A DNA stretch of 59,967 bases from contig JBGQHV010000002.1 of NCBI GenBank assembly GCA_041498155.1, positions 1-59,967 on the forward strand, read 5' to 3'. This stretch comes from Gemmatimonadota bacterium (GTDB lineage Bacteria; Gemmatimonadota; Gemmatimonadetes; Gemmatimonadales; GWC2-71-9). Shown piece after piece: positions 48,536 to 57,274 of the stretch; position 1 is the stretch's first letter, and the number at the start of each line of letters is the position of its first letter. The notes under the pieces were generated by a model. That model was not told the DNA's origin. It worked only from the letters and a program-made list of their open reading frames with translations, and did not search any database. Position numbers and translations under genes: made by a program.

Positions 48536-49072
48536 ATGACGCTCTCTCTGACCGTCCCCGACATCCTGGTAGCGCGCGCCAAGGCCGGAGATCTGGAGGC
48601 CCTCGAGGGGTTGTTTCGCGCCTTCGAGACCCCGGTCTACAACCTCGCCCGTCGCATCTGCCGCGCTCCCGAGGACGCCGAGGACGTGGTGCAGGAGACG
48701 TTTCTCGAGGTGGTGAAGAGCATCCGCCACTACCGGGGAGAAGGGCATCTGTGGGGCTGGATCCGCCAGATCGCGTCGTCGAAGGCGCTGATGCGGTTGC
48801 GTCGTGACAAGCTGCGCGCCACCGACGAGCTGATCGACGAGACGGCCGGGTCGCCGCCCGCGAGTATCGGAGCGCGGATCGATCTGGAGCGCGCCTTCAC
48901 GCAGCTCTCCGAGACCTCGCGGGCGGTGGTGTGGCTGCATGACGTGGAAGGCTTCACACACGAGGAGATTGCCGAACAGATGGGCAGAACCGTGAGTTTT
49001 TCGAAATCCCAGCTGGCCCGGGCGCACGCGCGCCTGCGGCGCCTGCTGGTGGCTGAGCCGGAGGTGCCATGA
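48536..49072 (+). CDS. ECF (group IV) RNA polymerase sigma factor
   Basis: Region 2 is VYNLARRICRAPEDAEDVVQETFLEV. Region 4 is VVWLHDVEGFTHEEIAEQMGRTVSFSKSQLARA. Confidence 0.85.
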   Translation: MTLSLTVPDILVARAKAGDLEALEGLFRAFETPVYNLARRICRAPEDAEDVVQETFLEVVKSIRHYRGEGHLWGWIRQIASSKALMRLRRDKLRATDELIDETAGSPPASIGARIDLERAFTQLSETSRAVVWLHDVEGFTHEEIAEQMGRTVSFSKSQLARAHARLRRLLVAEPEVP

Positions 49073-49650
49073 CGATGCATTGCACGATGGACGACCTGGT
49101 GGCGGTGCGCGACGGCGAAGGGTCCGTCTGGGCGCGCCGGCACGTAGAGGAATGCGGCGCCTGCCGCGGTGAGATGGACGCGTTGTACCAGCGGGTGGCG
49201 CAGCTGAAGGCGCTGCCCGCATTGCGGCCGCCGCGCGATCGCTGGCCGATGGTGCGCGACGTGATCGCGGCCGAGCGGACGCAGCGCCGCCGTCGCTGGA
49301 CCCGGACGAGCCTGGCGCTCGCCGCGGCGTTCGCGGGGGTCATGGTGCTGCTGCCGTTGATGCATGGCCGGGCGTACGCCGACGAGCTGGCCCAGGCCAA
49401 GCAGCAGTCGGCGCAGCTGGAGGGAAGGCTGCAGGACTACGATCCGGAGGGGCGGGTGATGAGCGGCCGTGAGGCCGATCTTACCTCCCGGCTGGAAGAT
49501 CAGATCGCGGCGCTGGATGGGCAGCTCGCCCAGCTGGGCGATCGCGCCAAGCAGGAATCGCAGCTGGTGGATTTGTGGAAGCAGCGGGTGGACTTGATGC
49601 AGCAGCTCGTGCAGGTGCGGGTGACCCGTGCCAATTACGTGGGCCTCTAA
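49069..49650 (+). CDS. ZAS-type anti-sigma factor, single-pass membrane protein
   Basis: The start overlaps the sigma gene stop (ATGA). The zinc anti-sigma motif HVEECGAC (HxxxCxxC) is present. A TM segment (SLALAAAFAGVMVLLPLM) is followed by a coiled-coil-like extracytoplasmic tail. Confidence 0.7.
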   Translation: MTMHCTMDDLVAVRDGEGSVWARRHVEECGACRGEMDALYQRVAQLKALPALRPPRDRWPMVRDVIAAERTQRRRRWTRTSLALAAAFAGVMVLLPLMHGRAYADELAQAKQQSAQLEGRLQDYDPEGRVMSGREADLTSRLEDQIAALDGQLAQLGDRAKQESQLVDLWKQRVDLMQQLVQVRVTRANYVGL

Positions 49651-49673
49651 CGGCCCGTGAGGAGAGGGAAATC

Positions 49674-50660
49674 ATGATTCGCAAATGGATCATCGCCGCG
49701 GTGCTGGTCGCCGGGATCGCCCCGGTGGCGCTGGCCGCTCAGACCCCCCGTCCGCGGCGGGCTCCGCGGGCGGAGAACCGGGGGTTCGCGTTTACCTACA
49801 ACGGCAATCGCGCCCGCATCGGCGTCCTGGTGAACCGTGAGGCCAACACCGAGACCGACAAACTCGGCGCCAAGATCGACGCGGTCACGCCGGGCGGGCC
49901 CGCGGACAAGGCCGGCCTCAAGGCGGGCGACATCATCACGAAGTTCAACGGCACGTCGCTGGCCGGTGCGAGCGCCGACGATGAAGACGAATCGGGCCCC
50001 GGCGGCAAGCTCGTGGAGCTGGTGGGGGATCTCGATCCCGGCGACTCGGTGCAGGTGGAATACCGCCGCGGCACCGAGACGAAGACGGCGACCCTCGTGA
50101 CCGAAGCGCAGGAAGGCCCCTTCACCGGGCGCCTCCCTTCGGTTGGCGCATTCGAGATGCCGCGGAGCCCCATGCCCTTCGTGTTTTCCGAAGGCGAAGG
50201 TGGCATGTCCATGTGCATGGGCGATGCCTGGTGCGAACTCGACCTGGTGACGCTGAATTCGGATCTCGGCGACTATTTCGGATCGAAGGACGGCGTGCTG
50301 GTGGTCAAGGCACCCGCCGATTCCGCGCTGCCCCTGAAGGGCGGCGACGTGATCCTCTCGATCGGCGGCCGCAAGCCGACGTCACCCGCGCACGCCATGC
50401 GGATCCTGCGCTCCTACGAGGCGGGGGAGACGGTCTCGATCGAAATCATGCGGCATCAGCGGCGACAGACGCTGTCCTGGACCGTGCCGCAGCCGGAAGG
50501 TGGCTGGCGTCGGATGCGCGCCCCGCGCGGTGAGCACGGCGAGCAGAGCTTCTGGCGTGTGCCGGAGGAAGCGCGCGAGCGCGCCTTGGAGGGCATGGAG
50601 AGCCGCCTCGACGCGATGCGGCAACGGATGAAAGTCCGGTTGCGGCAAGTCGAGATCTGA
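49674..50660 (+). CDS. secreted protein with two PDZ domains and no protease domain
   Basis: GGAGAGGG lies upstream of ATG 49674; the track ORF starts earlier at 49575. A signal peptide is present. PDZ-like blocks are GAKIDAVTPGGPADKAGLKAGDIITKFNG and GVLVVKAPADSALPLKGGDVILSIGG. Confidence 0.7.
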   Translation: MIRKWIIAAVLVAGIAPVALAAQTPRPRRAPRAENRGFAFTYNGNRARIGVLVNREANTETDKLGAKIDAVTPGGPADKAGLKAGDIITKFNGTSLAGASADDEDESGPGGKLVELVGDLDPGDSVQVEYRRGTETKTATLVTEAQEGPFTGRLPSVGAFEMPRSPMPFVFSEGEGGMSMCMGDAWCELDLVTLNSDLGDYFGSKDGVLVVKAPADSALPLKGGDVILSIGGRKPTSPAHAMRILRSYEAGETVSIEIMRHQRRQTLSWTVPQPEGGWRRMRAPRGEHGEQSFWRVPEEARERALEGMESRLDAMRQRMKVRLRQVEI

Positions 50661-50676
50661 GCACGGACCGAGGCTG

Positions 50677-50713
50677 GGAGCACGGAGCGTAACTGCTCCG
50701 TGCTCCTTTTTTT
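50677..50713 (+). terminator. canonical intrinsic terminator
   Basis: GGAGCACGGAGC-gtaact-GCTCCGTGCTCC forms a perfect 12-bp stem followed by TTTTTTT. It lies 17 nt after the PDZ gene stop and abuts the stop of the convergent M14 gene. Confidence 0.85.
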
Positions 50714-53398
50714 CTAGCGCCGCCTCGGCCCGATCAGGATCGCGTTCGTCACGAGGCGCGCCGTCCCGCGCCAGAAGGCGCGAAACAGCGGATCGCCGAG
50801 GAACAGCACCACCCGGCCGTCGCCCTGGTTCTCGACCACCGCCCACGCCGTTCCCTTGAGCAGTCGCTCGGTATTGTCCGGCCAGGTGAACCCCGAGAGC
50901 GTCAGCGAATCCCCCGTGAACACCACCGGGTTGGCGCCCTTCCGCGACAGCTTCCAGAAGGTCGAGCCATCCAGGTAGACGGGCAGCTGGTCCTGCTCGT
51001 ATCCGAGCGTCAGCCACTGCGTCCGGTCGAGCGTCGCACGGAAAATCGAGCCGGGGAGCCATTCTGGCCGCTCGCGCGGCGGTGCCGTGGGCGATTCGAT
51101 CGGGGGCGCGTCGGCCTGAACGGTGCTGTCCGCCTTGCCGCTGTCGGCGCCTACCGTGGCGATGGTCGAGAATCCCACGTCCTTGTCCGCGGCGAAGTCG
51201 CCCGCGCCGCCGATGCCGATCAGCACGCCCCCCGACTGCACCCAGGCCTTCAGCTTGGCCACGCCGCCGTCACCCAGCTGGCGTTTCATCCGGCCGCCTG
51301 ACCCGTCGGGCAGTACGATCACGTTGAAGTCGTGCAGGTCGTCCATGTTGCCGATGGCGCTCAGCGCGACAGGCGTGAATGACGCGCCGAGGTCGCGGGT
51401 CAGAAAGTGCCACACCCAGCCATAGCTCGTCTCCGAGATCCCGTCCCCCGCGGCGACGAGGATCTTGGGCGGCGCGAGGCTCGTGACCGCGTCGGAGCCG
51501 GTCCCGGTATTGCCCGTGTCAGCGAAGGCGCTCTGCACGGCGGTCACCGGCACACCGAGCGGCGCGGCGAGGGCGCCGATGCGCTCGGCCAGCGACGCGG
51601 GGTTCCGTTGCAGGCGGGCGACGAAGGTCCCGCGCGGGAACGTCCGGCCATCGGCGACCAGCGGGTGCAGCGCCACCGCGACGTTGAACCCTTCCTGCTC
51701 GAGCGCGAGCGCCAGCCGCGCGGCGCCGAGGTTGTCGTTGGGGAACACATAGGCGGAGCGGGCCGCGCCCGGCACCGGCGGGGGAGGGAGCACGGTGTCG
51801 GTCACCGCTTGGCCGCCCAATGGCGCGGCGTCTTCGGTCCAGTACGCCTCGACGTTGAAGGTGTAGGGCAGAGACCAAGCCGTGACGTCGTAGAAGCCGT
51901 AATCGTCCTTGTCGGCTTCCTCGCCGCGCCGGCGATTGCGGTGGAAGCGCTCCACCTGATCCTGGACGAACGGCCGTTCCAGCACGGCATTCGGCTCGAG
52001 CAGCGCCTTGGCGAGTCGGCGCTGCGGCTGCGCGAGGTCCACCACGTAGCTGCCCGCCGGAAACGTCCGGCGTCCCGCCGCGCCGCCCATGTAGGCGTGC
52101 GCGAGGGCAGCACCGGCGGGTTGCGCCAGGCGGGTCACCTCGATGCCGTTGTGCAGCAGCAATCCCACGACGTGCGCGGCCATGCGGGGGTCGGTGCCGG
52201 GCACCAGCACGATGCGCTTCATCCGGTCGGTCGCGGCCTCGTCCATCGCCGACTTCCGGAACGCATAGTAGTCCTGCAGGCGCTCGCGGCGGTTCTGCGC
52301 CGCGGTCTCGAGCGTGGCGAGCGATGCGATGAAGTGGTGGGCGATGCCGTCGCGAAACGTCGTGATGGTGCCGTCGTCCCGGCGGATGTTGAACTGCGGC
52401 CCGCCGTCGGTCTCGTAGGTCATCCCGGTCGCGCCCTGAAACGTGGTCCACTCGTCCCAGTAGCCGACGTAGAAGAAATCGAACACCCCGCGGACAAAGT
52501 ATTGCCAGCCGTACCGGTCGAACGCGGCCGCATTGCCGCGGCCGAACACCTCGAACCAGTGCGGCGCCTGGGCGGGCAGATTCTGATTCACCGCCGGGGC
52601 CACCGGCGGGAAAAAGAACGTCTGCGTCGTCGAATGGTGGTCCACGAACACCTGCGGGTGCCACCGCAGGATTCCGTCCATCATGATGCGCGCCTCGGGC
52701 TGGCTCTGCGCCACCAGATCGCGGTTCATGTCGAACCGGAAGTGATTGTATCGCCCGGTGATGCTCCAGGGCTCGTTCTGCTCGAACGCCCACGGGTTGT
52801 CGGCGCCGACGGCGACCGAGTTGTACCAGGCGGCGAACCGCTCGTGGCCATCGGGGTTGGCGGACGGGTTGAGCACCAGGACGACGTTCTTCAGGATGTC
52901 GTGCGTCACCGAGTCGTCGCCGGCCAGCATCTGATAGGCGACCTGCAGCGCCGCCTCGAATCCCGCCGGCTCGTCCCCGTGCACCGAGTACTGAAACAAC
53001 ACGACGACCGGCTCGGCCGCCGCGATCGCGGTCGCGCGGGCGAGGCTCGTCTTGCGGGGATCGGTCAGCTCGGTGACGGCGTCACGGATCGCGTCGAGGC
53101 GCGCCAGGTTGGCGGGATCGGAGATCACGAGCACGCGATACGGACGGTGCTCCACCGTGTAACCCCACGTCTCGGCGCGGGCACGATCGGGGGCCGTGGC
53201 GAGCAGCGTGTCGAGATAGCGCTGCATCACCGCGTACATCGTCTGTTGCTCGCCGGCGCGGTATCCGGTGATCACTTCCGGACGCGGCACGGCGGGCCGG
53301 TAGGGCCCCCGCGCGTAAAAGTCGAAACCCTGAGCCCCGAGGACGGGGGCGCAGAGCAACAATCCCGAGAGCAGTCGCATCGATCGCATGATGGCCAC
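50714..53398 (-). CDS. M14-family zinc carboxypeptidase-like large secreted protein
   Basis: The 894-aa ORF has a signal peptide. The M14 zinc motif context is YSVHGDEPAG (HxxE). A long C-terminal extension follows. The start could be GTG 53398, ATG 53389 or ATG 53380. Confidence 0.7.
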   Translation of the reverse strand: MAIMRSMRLLSGLLLCAPVLGAQGFDFYARGPYRPAVPRPEVITGYRAGEQQTMYAVMQRYLDTLLATAPDRARAETWGYTVEHRPYRVLVISDPANLARLDAIRDAVTELTDPRKTSLARATAIAAAEPVVVLFQYSVHGDEPAGFEAALQVAYQMLAGDDSVTHDILKNVVLVLNPSANPDGHERFAAWYNSVAVGADNPWAFEQNEPWSITGRYNHFRFDMNRDLVAQSQPEARIMMDGILRWHPQVFVDHHSTTQTFFFPPVAPAVNQNLPAQAPHWFEVFGRGNAAAFDRYGWQYFVRGVFDFFYVGYWDEWTTFQGATGMTYETDGGPQFNIRRDDGTITTFRDGIAHHFIASLATLETAAQNRRERLQDYYAFRKSAMDEAATDRMKRIVLVPGTDPRMAAHVVGLLLHNGIEVTRLAQPAGAALAHAYMGGAAGRRTFPAGSYVVDLAQPQRRLAKALLEPNAVLERPFVQDQVERFHRNRRRGEEADKDDYGFYDVTAWSLPYTFNVEAYWTEDAAPLGGQAVTDTVLPPPPVPGAARSAYVFPNDNLGAARLALALEQEGFNVAVALHPLVADGRTFPRGTFVARLQRNPASLAERIGALAAPLGVPVTAVQSAFADTGNTGTGSDAVTSLAPPKILVAAGDGISETSYGWVWHFLTRDLGASFTPVALSAIGNMDDLHDFNVIVLPDGSGGRMKRQLGDGGVAKLKAWVQSGGVLIGIGGAGDFAADKDVGFSTIATVGADSGKADSTVQADAPPIESPTAPPRERPEWLPGSIFRATLDRTQWLTLGYEQDQLPVYLDGSTFWKLSRKGANPVVFTGDSLTLSGFTWPDNTERLLKGTAWAVVENQGDGRVVLFLGDPLFRAFWRGTARLVTNAILIGPRRR

Positions 53399-53496
53399 GA
53401 GTTGAGGAAGTGATCGAATCCAGCAGCGCGGGCTGAATGTACCCGCCCGGAATGGTCACGCAACTGTAATATTTTGAGCGAGTTGGCTCCTGTGCA

Positions 53497-53524
53497 CTTG
53501 ACGATCGTGAAACCAAGATATAAC
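53497..53524 (+). promoter_or_regulatory. candidate sigma-70-type promoter of the PadR operon
   Basis: CTTGAC, a 16-nt spacer and TATAAC lie in the most AT-rich stretch of the window. The -10 element ends 10 nt before the tandem repeat. Confidence 0.4.
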
Positions 53525-53534
53525 GTGCCCACGT

Positions 53535-53573
53535 ATCGTACGTAGCATCGTACGTAGCATCGTACGTAGCATC
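53535..53573 (+). repeat. perfect 12-nt tandem repeat ATCGTACGTAGC, 3 copies plus ATC
   Basis: The repeat is read directly from the sequence. Each unit contains the overlapping palindromes CGTACG and TACGTA. It lies between the candidate promoter and the GGAGGA/ATG of the PadR gene. Confidence 0.95.
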
Positions 53574-53609
53574 TCAAGACATATCGAGAATCGTCGAACG
53601 GAGGATCGC

Positions 53610-54155
53610 ATGAGACACGGATTCGATTGGAACGGCTTTGCCTTCGGGTTTGGACCCCGAGGGTTCGCGACGGGCATGGGGCCGCGACATCGCCGCCGCC
53701 GGCAGTGGTTCGAGTCGGGAGACATGAAATACGTGATCCTGAAGCTGCTGCGCGACAAGCCGCGCCACGGCTACGAAGTGATGAAGGAGCTCGAGGAGCA
53801 GATGCACGGGTGCTATTCGCCTTCGCCGGGTACCGTCTATCCCACGCTGCAATGGCTCGAGGACGAGAGTCTGGTGCGCTCGCGGGACGCGGACGGCAAG
53901 AAGGTCTACGAAATCACCGACGCCGGGATCAAGTTCCTGGAGGAGCACAAGGACGTGGTGAGCGACATCTTCGATCGCGTGGCGGAAACCGTCGAGGAGG
54001 CCCTCGGCGGCTCGATGGCCGAAATCAACCAGGGCGTGGCCCGGCTGATGAAATCGGTGTACCGTCACGGCTGGCGTGGCGGCGACGAAGCCCGTCACAA
54101 GATCGCCGAGATCCTCGCGAAGGCCGCGAAGGAGATCGAGGAGGCACTCGCATGA
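53610..54155 (+). CDS. PadR family transcriptional regulator
   Basis: GGAGGA lies upstream of the ATG. The winged-helix block is VILKLLRDKPRHGYEVMKELEEQMHGCYSPSPGTVYPTLQWLEDESLV. Confidence 0.85.
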   Translation: MRHGFDWNGFAFGFGPRGFATGMGPRHRRRRQWFESGDMKYVILKLLRDKPRHGYEVMKELEEQMHGCYSPSPGTVYPTLQWLEDESLVRSRDADGKKVYEITDAGIKFLEEHKDVVSDIFDRVAETVEEALGGSMAEINQGVARLMKSVYRHGWRGGDEARHKIAEILAKAAKEIEEALA

Positions 54156-54607
54156 ACGCCGCACCGATTCGCGCCTCGGACGCCGAGCGCGAGGACGTCA
54201 CCCGTCTGCTGCAGCGGGCCGTGGCCGAAGGGCGGCTCACCCCCGAAGAGGCCGGCGAGCGGCTGGCCACCGCGAGCGCCGCCCGCTATCGCGAGGACCT
54301 GGGGCGGTTGGTCGAGGATCTGCCGGAGAGCCCGGAGCCGGTGCTACCCGATCGCCGCGGTGCGATCTGGTTCGGGGTCGCGGCGCGCGTGACGCGGGGG
54401 CTCGTATTCGCGGCACTCGCCTTGGCGTTCTTTTCCTTCTGGGGAGTCCGGATGTTCTTTCCTTTCTGGATCTTCGGCCTGATGGCGCTGGGGATCGCCG
54501 CCCGGGTCGGTCGGCGGTACCGGCGTCGCGCGGTTCGGTGGCACGCGTGGCGATGGGGGGGGGCCGCCGAGCCTCGGTGGCTCGGGCCGTCGGGCCGGCC
54601 GTGGTGA
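54152..54607 (+). CDS. DUF1707-type membrane protein
   Basis: The start overlaps the PadR stop (ATGA). The N terminus IRASDAEREDVTRLLQRAVAEGRLTPEEAGERL is typical of DUF1707. Two TM segments and an Arg/Trp-rich tail follow. Confidence 0.65.
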   Translation: MNAAPIRASDAEREDVTRLLQRAVAEGRLTPEEAGERLATASAARYREDLGRLVEDLPESPEPVLPDRRGAIWFGVAARVTRGLVFAALALAFFSFWGVRMFFPFWIFGLMALGIAARVGRRYRRRAVRWHAWRWGGAAEPRWLGPSGRPW

Positions 54608-55590
54608 CGGCGCCGCCCGCCATCGAAACGCGGGCGCTGCGCAAAGTCTACAAGACGCCGTCACCGGGGATGCCCCAACGCGGGGTCAGCGGGCCCGTCG
54701 AGATCATCGCCCTCGACGGGCTCGATCTGCAGGTAGGAGCGGGCGAGTTCTTCGGTCTCCTGGGACCGAACGGCGCCGGCAAGACCACGACCATCGGCAT
54801 CCTGACGACCCGCGTGAAAGCGACCTCCGGAACCGCCCTGGTCGCCGGCGTGGACGTCGTGACCGACGGGGTCGCCGTGAAGCAGCGCATCGGCGTCGTG
54901 CCGCAGCGGCCCAACCCCGACCGCAGTCTCATCGTGATCGAGAACCTGGTGTTCCACGCCGCCTACTTCGGCATGCCCAAGGCCGAGGCGATTCGCAAAG
55001 CGCAGGGGCTGCTGGACATGATGGGCATCGGCGACCGGGGTGCGGCGAAGGTCGATCAGCTGTCGGGCGGTCAGCAGCAGCGCCTCATGATCGCCCGCGC
55101 GCTGATTCACGACCCCGAGATCCTGTTCCTCGATGAGCCGACGGTGGGCCTCGATCCCCAGGCGCGCCTGGACTTGTGGGAGCTGCTGCGCCAGATGCAC
55201 GGCGAAGGGCGCACCATCGTGATGACCACCCACTACATGGAAGAGGCCGACCGCCTGTGTGAGCGCATCGCGATCGTGGATCGCGGCCGCCTGCTGGCGT
55301 GCGACTCGCCCCGCTCGCTCAAGGCGCAGGCGCCCGGAGGCACACGCATCGAGCTGACGCTCGACGGGGATGCCGCGGCCGCCGCGGAGCAGGCCCGCGG
55401 TCAGGCCGGCCTGCTGCGGGTGGACGTCCAGGGGGCCGTGCTCTCGGCCTACGCCGAGCGCCCTGGCGAGGTGCTCGCACCGCTCATCCGCACCGCCGAG
55501 GCCGCGGGCCGGGCCGTGCGCGACATCCACCTCGCTCCGCCGAGCCTCGAAACGCTGTTCATTTCCCTCACCGGGAGAAAGCTCACATGA
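54604..55590 (+). CDS. ABC transporter ATP-binding protein (DrrA/ABC-2 type)
   Basis: The start is GTG 54604, overlapping the upstream stop (GTGA). Motifs are Walker A GPNGAGKTT, signature LSGGQQQR and Walker B ILFLDEPT. Confidence 0.85.
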   Translation: MTAPPAIETRALRKVYKTPSPGMPQRGVSGPVEIIALDGLDLQVGAGEFFGLLGPNGAGKTTTIGILTTRVKATSGTALVAGVDVVTDGVAVKQRIGVVPQRPNPDRSLIVIENLVFHAAYFGMPKAEAIRKAQGLLDMMGIGDRGAAKVDQLSGGQQQRLMIARALIHDPEILFLDEPTVGLDPQARLDLWELLRQMHGEGRTIVMTTHYMEEADRLCERIAIVDRGRLLACDSPRSLKAQAPGGTRIELTLDGDAAAAAEQARGQAGLLRVDVQGAVLSAYAERPGEVLAPLIRTAEAAGRAVRDIHLAPPSLETLFISLTGRKLT

Positions 55591-56381
55591 GGCCGTCGCG
55601 ACCCCCGGTGCCGGCGTCCCGGGTGTTTCTGGCGCTCCTGGCGCGCGACCTGCGCGTCGCCCGCCGGGAGATCGTGTCGTTCCTCGTGCGCAGCACCCTG
55701 CAGCCGCTGCTGTTCGTCGTGGTCTTCGGCTATCTGCTCCCCAAGATGGGGTTCGTGCAGCGCGGCTACGGCGCCGCTCTCCTGCCGGGGATCCTCGGCA
55801 TCTCCCTCGCGCTCTCGAGCCTCCAGTCGGTCGCGCTGCCGATGATGGCGGACTTCGGCTGGACCAGGGAAATCGAAGATCGTCTGCTGGCGCCCGCCCC
55901 GATCCGGCTCGTCGCCGCGGAAAAGGTCGTCGCGGGGGTGATCCAGGGTCTCGTGGCCGCGTTGTTCGTGCTGCCGGTGGCGCGGCTCATCATGGGACCG
56001 ATCGACGCCTTGACCCTCGCCCACGTCGGGACGCTGCTCGGTATCACGCTGCTGGGCGCCCTGGCGTTCTCGACCCTGGGCCTGTGGATGGGCACCGGCA
56101 TCCCGCCCCAGCAGATCGGCCTGATGTTCAGCGTGATCGTGGCGCCGATGATCTTCTTCGGCTGCGCATACTACCCGTGGCAGGGACTCTCGGCGGTGCC
56201 GGTGGTCAAGTACGCGGTGCTCGTCAATCCACTGGTGTACGTGTCGGAGGGGATGCGGGGCGCGCTCACCCCGGCGTTGCCGCACATGCCGTGGGAGCTC
56301 GTGGTGGTCGCGCTGGTCGTCATGTCCGGCGTGCTCTGGACGGCCGGGATTCGCACCTTCGAGCGCCGGGCGGTGAGCTGA
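55587..56381 (+). CDS. ABC-2 type transporter permease
   Basis: The start overlaps the upstream stop (ATGA). The 264-aa protein has six predicted TM helices and sits immediately after the ATPase. Confidence 0.75.
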   Translation: MRPSRPPVPASRVFLALLARDLRVARREIVSFLVRSTLQPLLFVVVFGYLLPKMGFVQRGYGAALLPGILGISLALSSLQSVALPMMADFGWTREIEDRLLAPAPIRLVAAEKVVAGVIQGLVAALFVLPVARLIMGPIDALTLAHVGTLLGITLLGALAFSTLGLWMGTGIPPQQIGLMFSVIVAPMIFFGCAYYPWQGLSAVPVVKYAVLVNPLVYVSEGMRGALTPALPHMPWELVVVALVVMSGVLWTAGIRTFERRAVS

Positions 56382-56394
56382 CCGAAGCGCTATC

Positions 56395-57159
56395 TTGGCG
56401 CGCGTGATCCTCGAAGCGTGCGTCGACTCGGTGGAATCGGCGCTCGCCGCCCAGGCGGGAGGCGCGCACCGGATCGAGCTGTGTGAGGACCTGCTCGAAG
56501 GGGGGACGACCCCCAGCGCCGGCATGATCGAGGTGTGCCGGGAGCGGCTGCAGATCCCCGTCCACGTCCTGATTCGTCCCCGCGGCGGGGATTTCGTCTA
56601 TTCCGACGTCGAAATCGAAGTGATGCAGCGCGACATCGCGCTTGCCCGGCGCCTGGGCGCCCGGGGCGTGGTGTACGGGGCGCTGCATCCCGATGGGAGC
56701 GTGGATGTCGAGCGCACCAAGTCGTTGCTGGGCGTGTCGCGGCCGCTGTCGGTCACCTTCCACCGGGCATTCGACTTCACCCCCGATGCCGACGCGGCGC
56801 TCGACACCCTGATCGGGCTCGGCATCGACCGCGTCCTGACGTCGGGGCAGGCGCCCACTGCCGTCGAAGGCACGCGCACCCTCGCGCGCCTGGTGACGCG
56901 GGGGGCGGGGCGGATCCGCATCATGGCGGGCGGGGGCCTGACCGAAGAGAACCTCGCGGGCGTCGTGTCGAGCACTGGGGTCCCGGAGGTGCACGTGCGG
57001 GCGACCGCGCTGCTCGAGAGCCCGGCCTCGTACCGGCCCCGCCATCTCTCGCTCCTGAAGCAGCCGCTGCCCAACGAGTTCGACCGCGCCGTGACCGACC
57101 CGGAGCGTATTCGGCGGCTCTCGGGAATCCTCGGGAAAATCGACTCCGCCAATCCCTGA
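56395..57159 (+). CDS. cutC: copper homeostasis protein CutC family
   Basis: Blocks are ILEACVDSVESALAAQAGGAHRIELC, VLIRPRGGDFVYS, FHRAFD and RVLTSG. The start is TTG 56395 or GTG 56404. Confidence 0.8.
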   Translation: MARVILEACVDSVESALAAQAGGAHRIELCEDLLEGGTTPSAGMIEVCRERLQIPVHVLIRPRGGDFVYSDVEIEVMQRDIALARRLGARGVVYGALHPDGSVDVERTKSLLGVSRPLSVTFHRAFDFTPDADAALDTLIGLGIDRVLTSGQAPTAVEGTRTLARLVTRGAGRIRIMAGGGLTEENLAGVVSSTGVPEVHVRATALLESPASYRPRHLSLLKQPLPNEFDRAVTDPERIRRLSGILGKIDSANP

Positions 57160-57274
57160 CGGAGCGGCCCTGCCTCCCTGGCGCTCGGTCCACGATCTGC
57201 TGCGGGCGCGAGCCTCCACCCACGGCGCGCGCGACCTGCTGCGCTTCGAAGGTCGCCGGGCGACGTTCGCGGAG

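Noticed and set aside
53535-53573. Tandem repeat considered as a CRISPR array or as coding sequence (antisense ORF 53272..53577, MRCYVRCYVRCYV)
   Set aside because: The units are contiguous 12-mers with no spacers, and no cas genes are present, so it is not CRISPR. The ORF runs antisense across the M14 gene start and the promoter region and has no SD, so I treat it as non-coding DNA.
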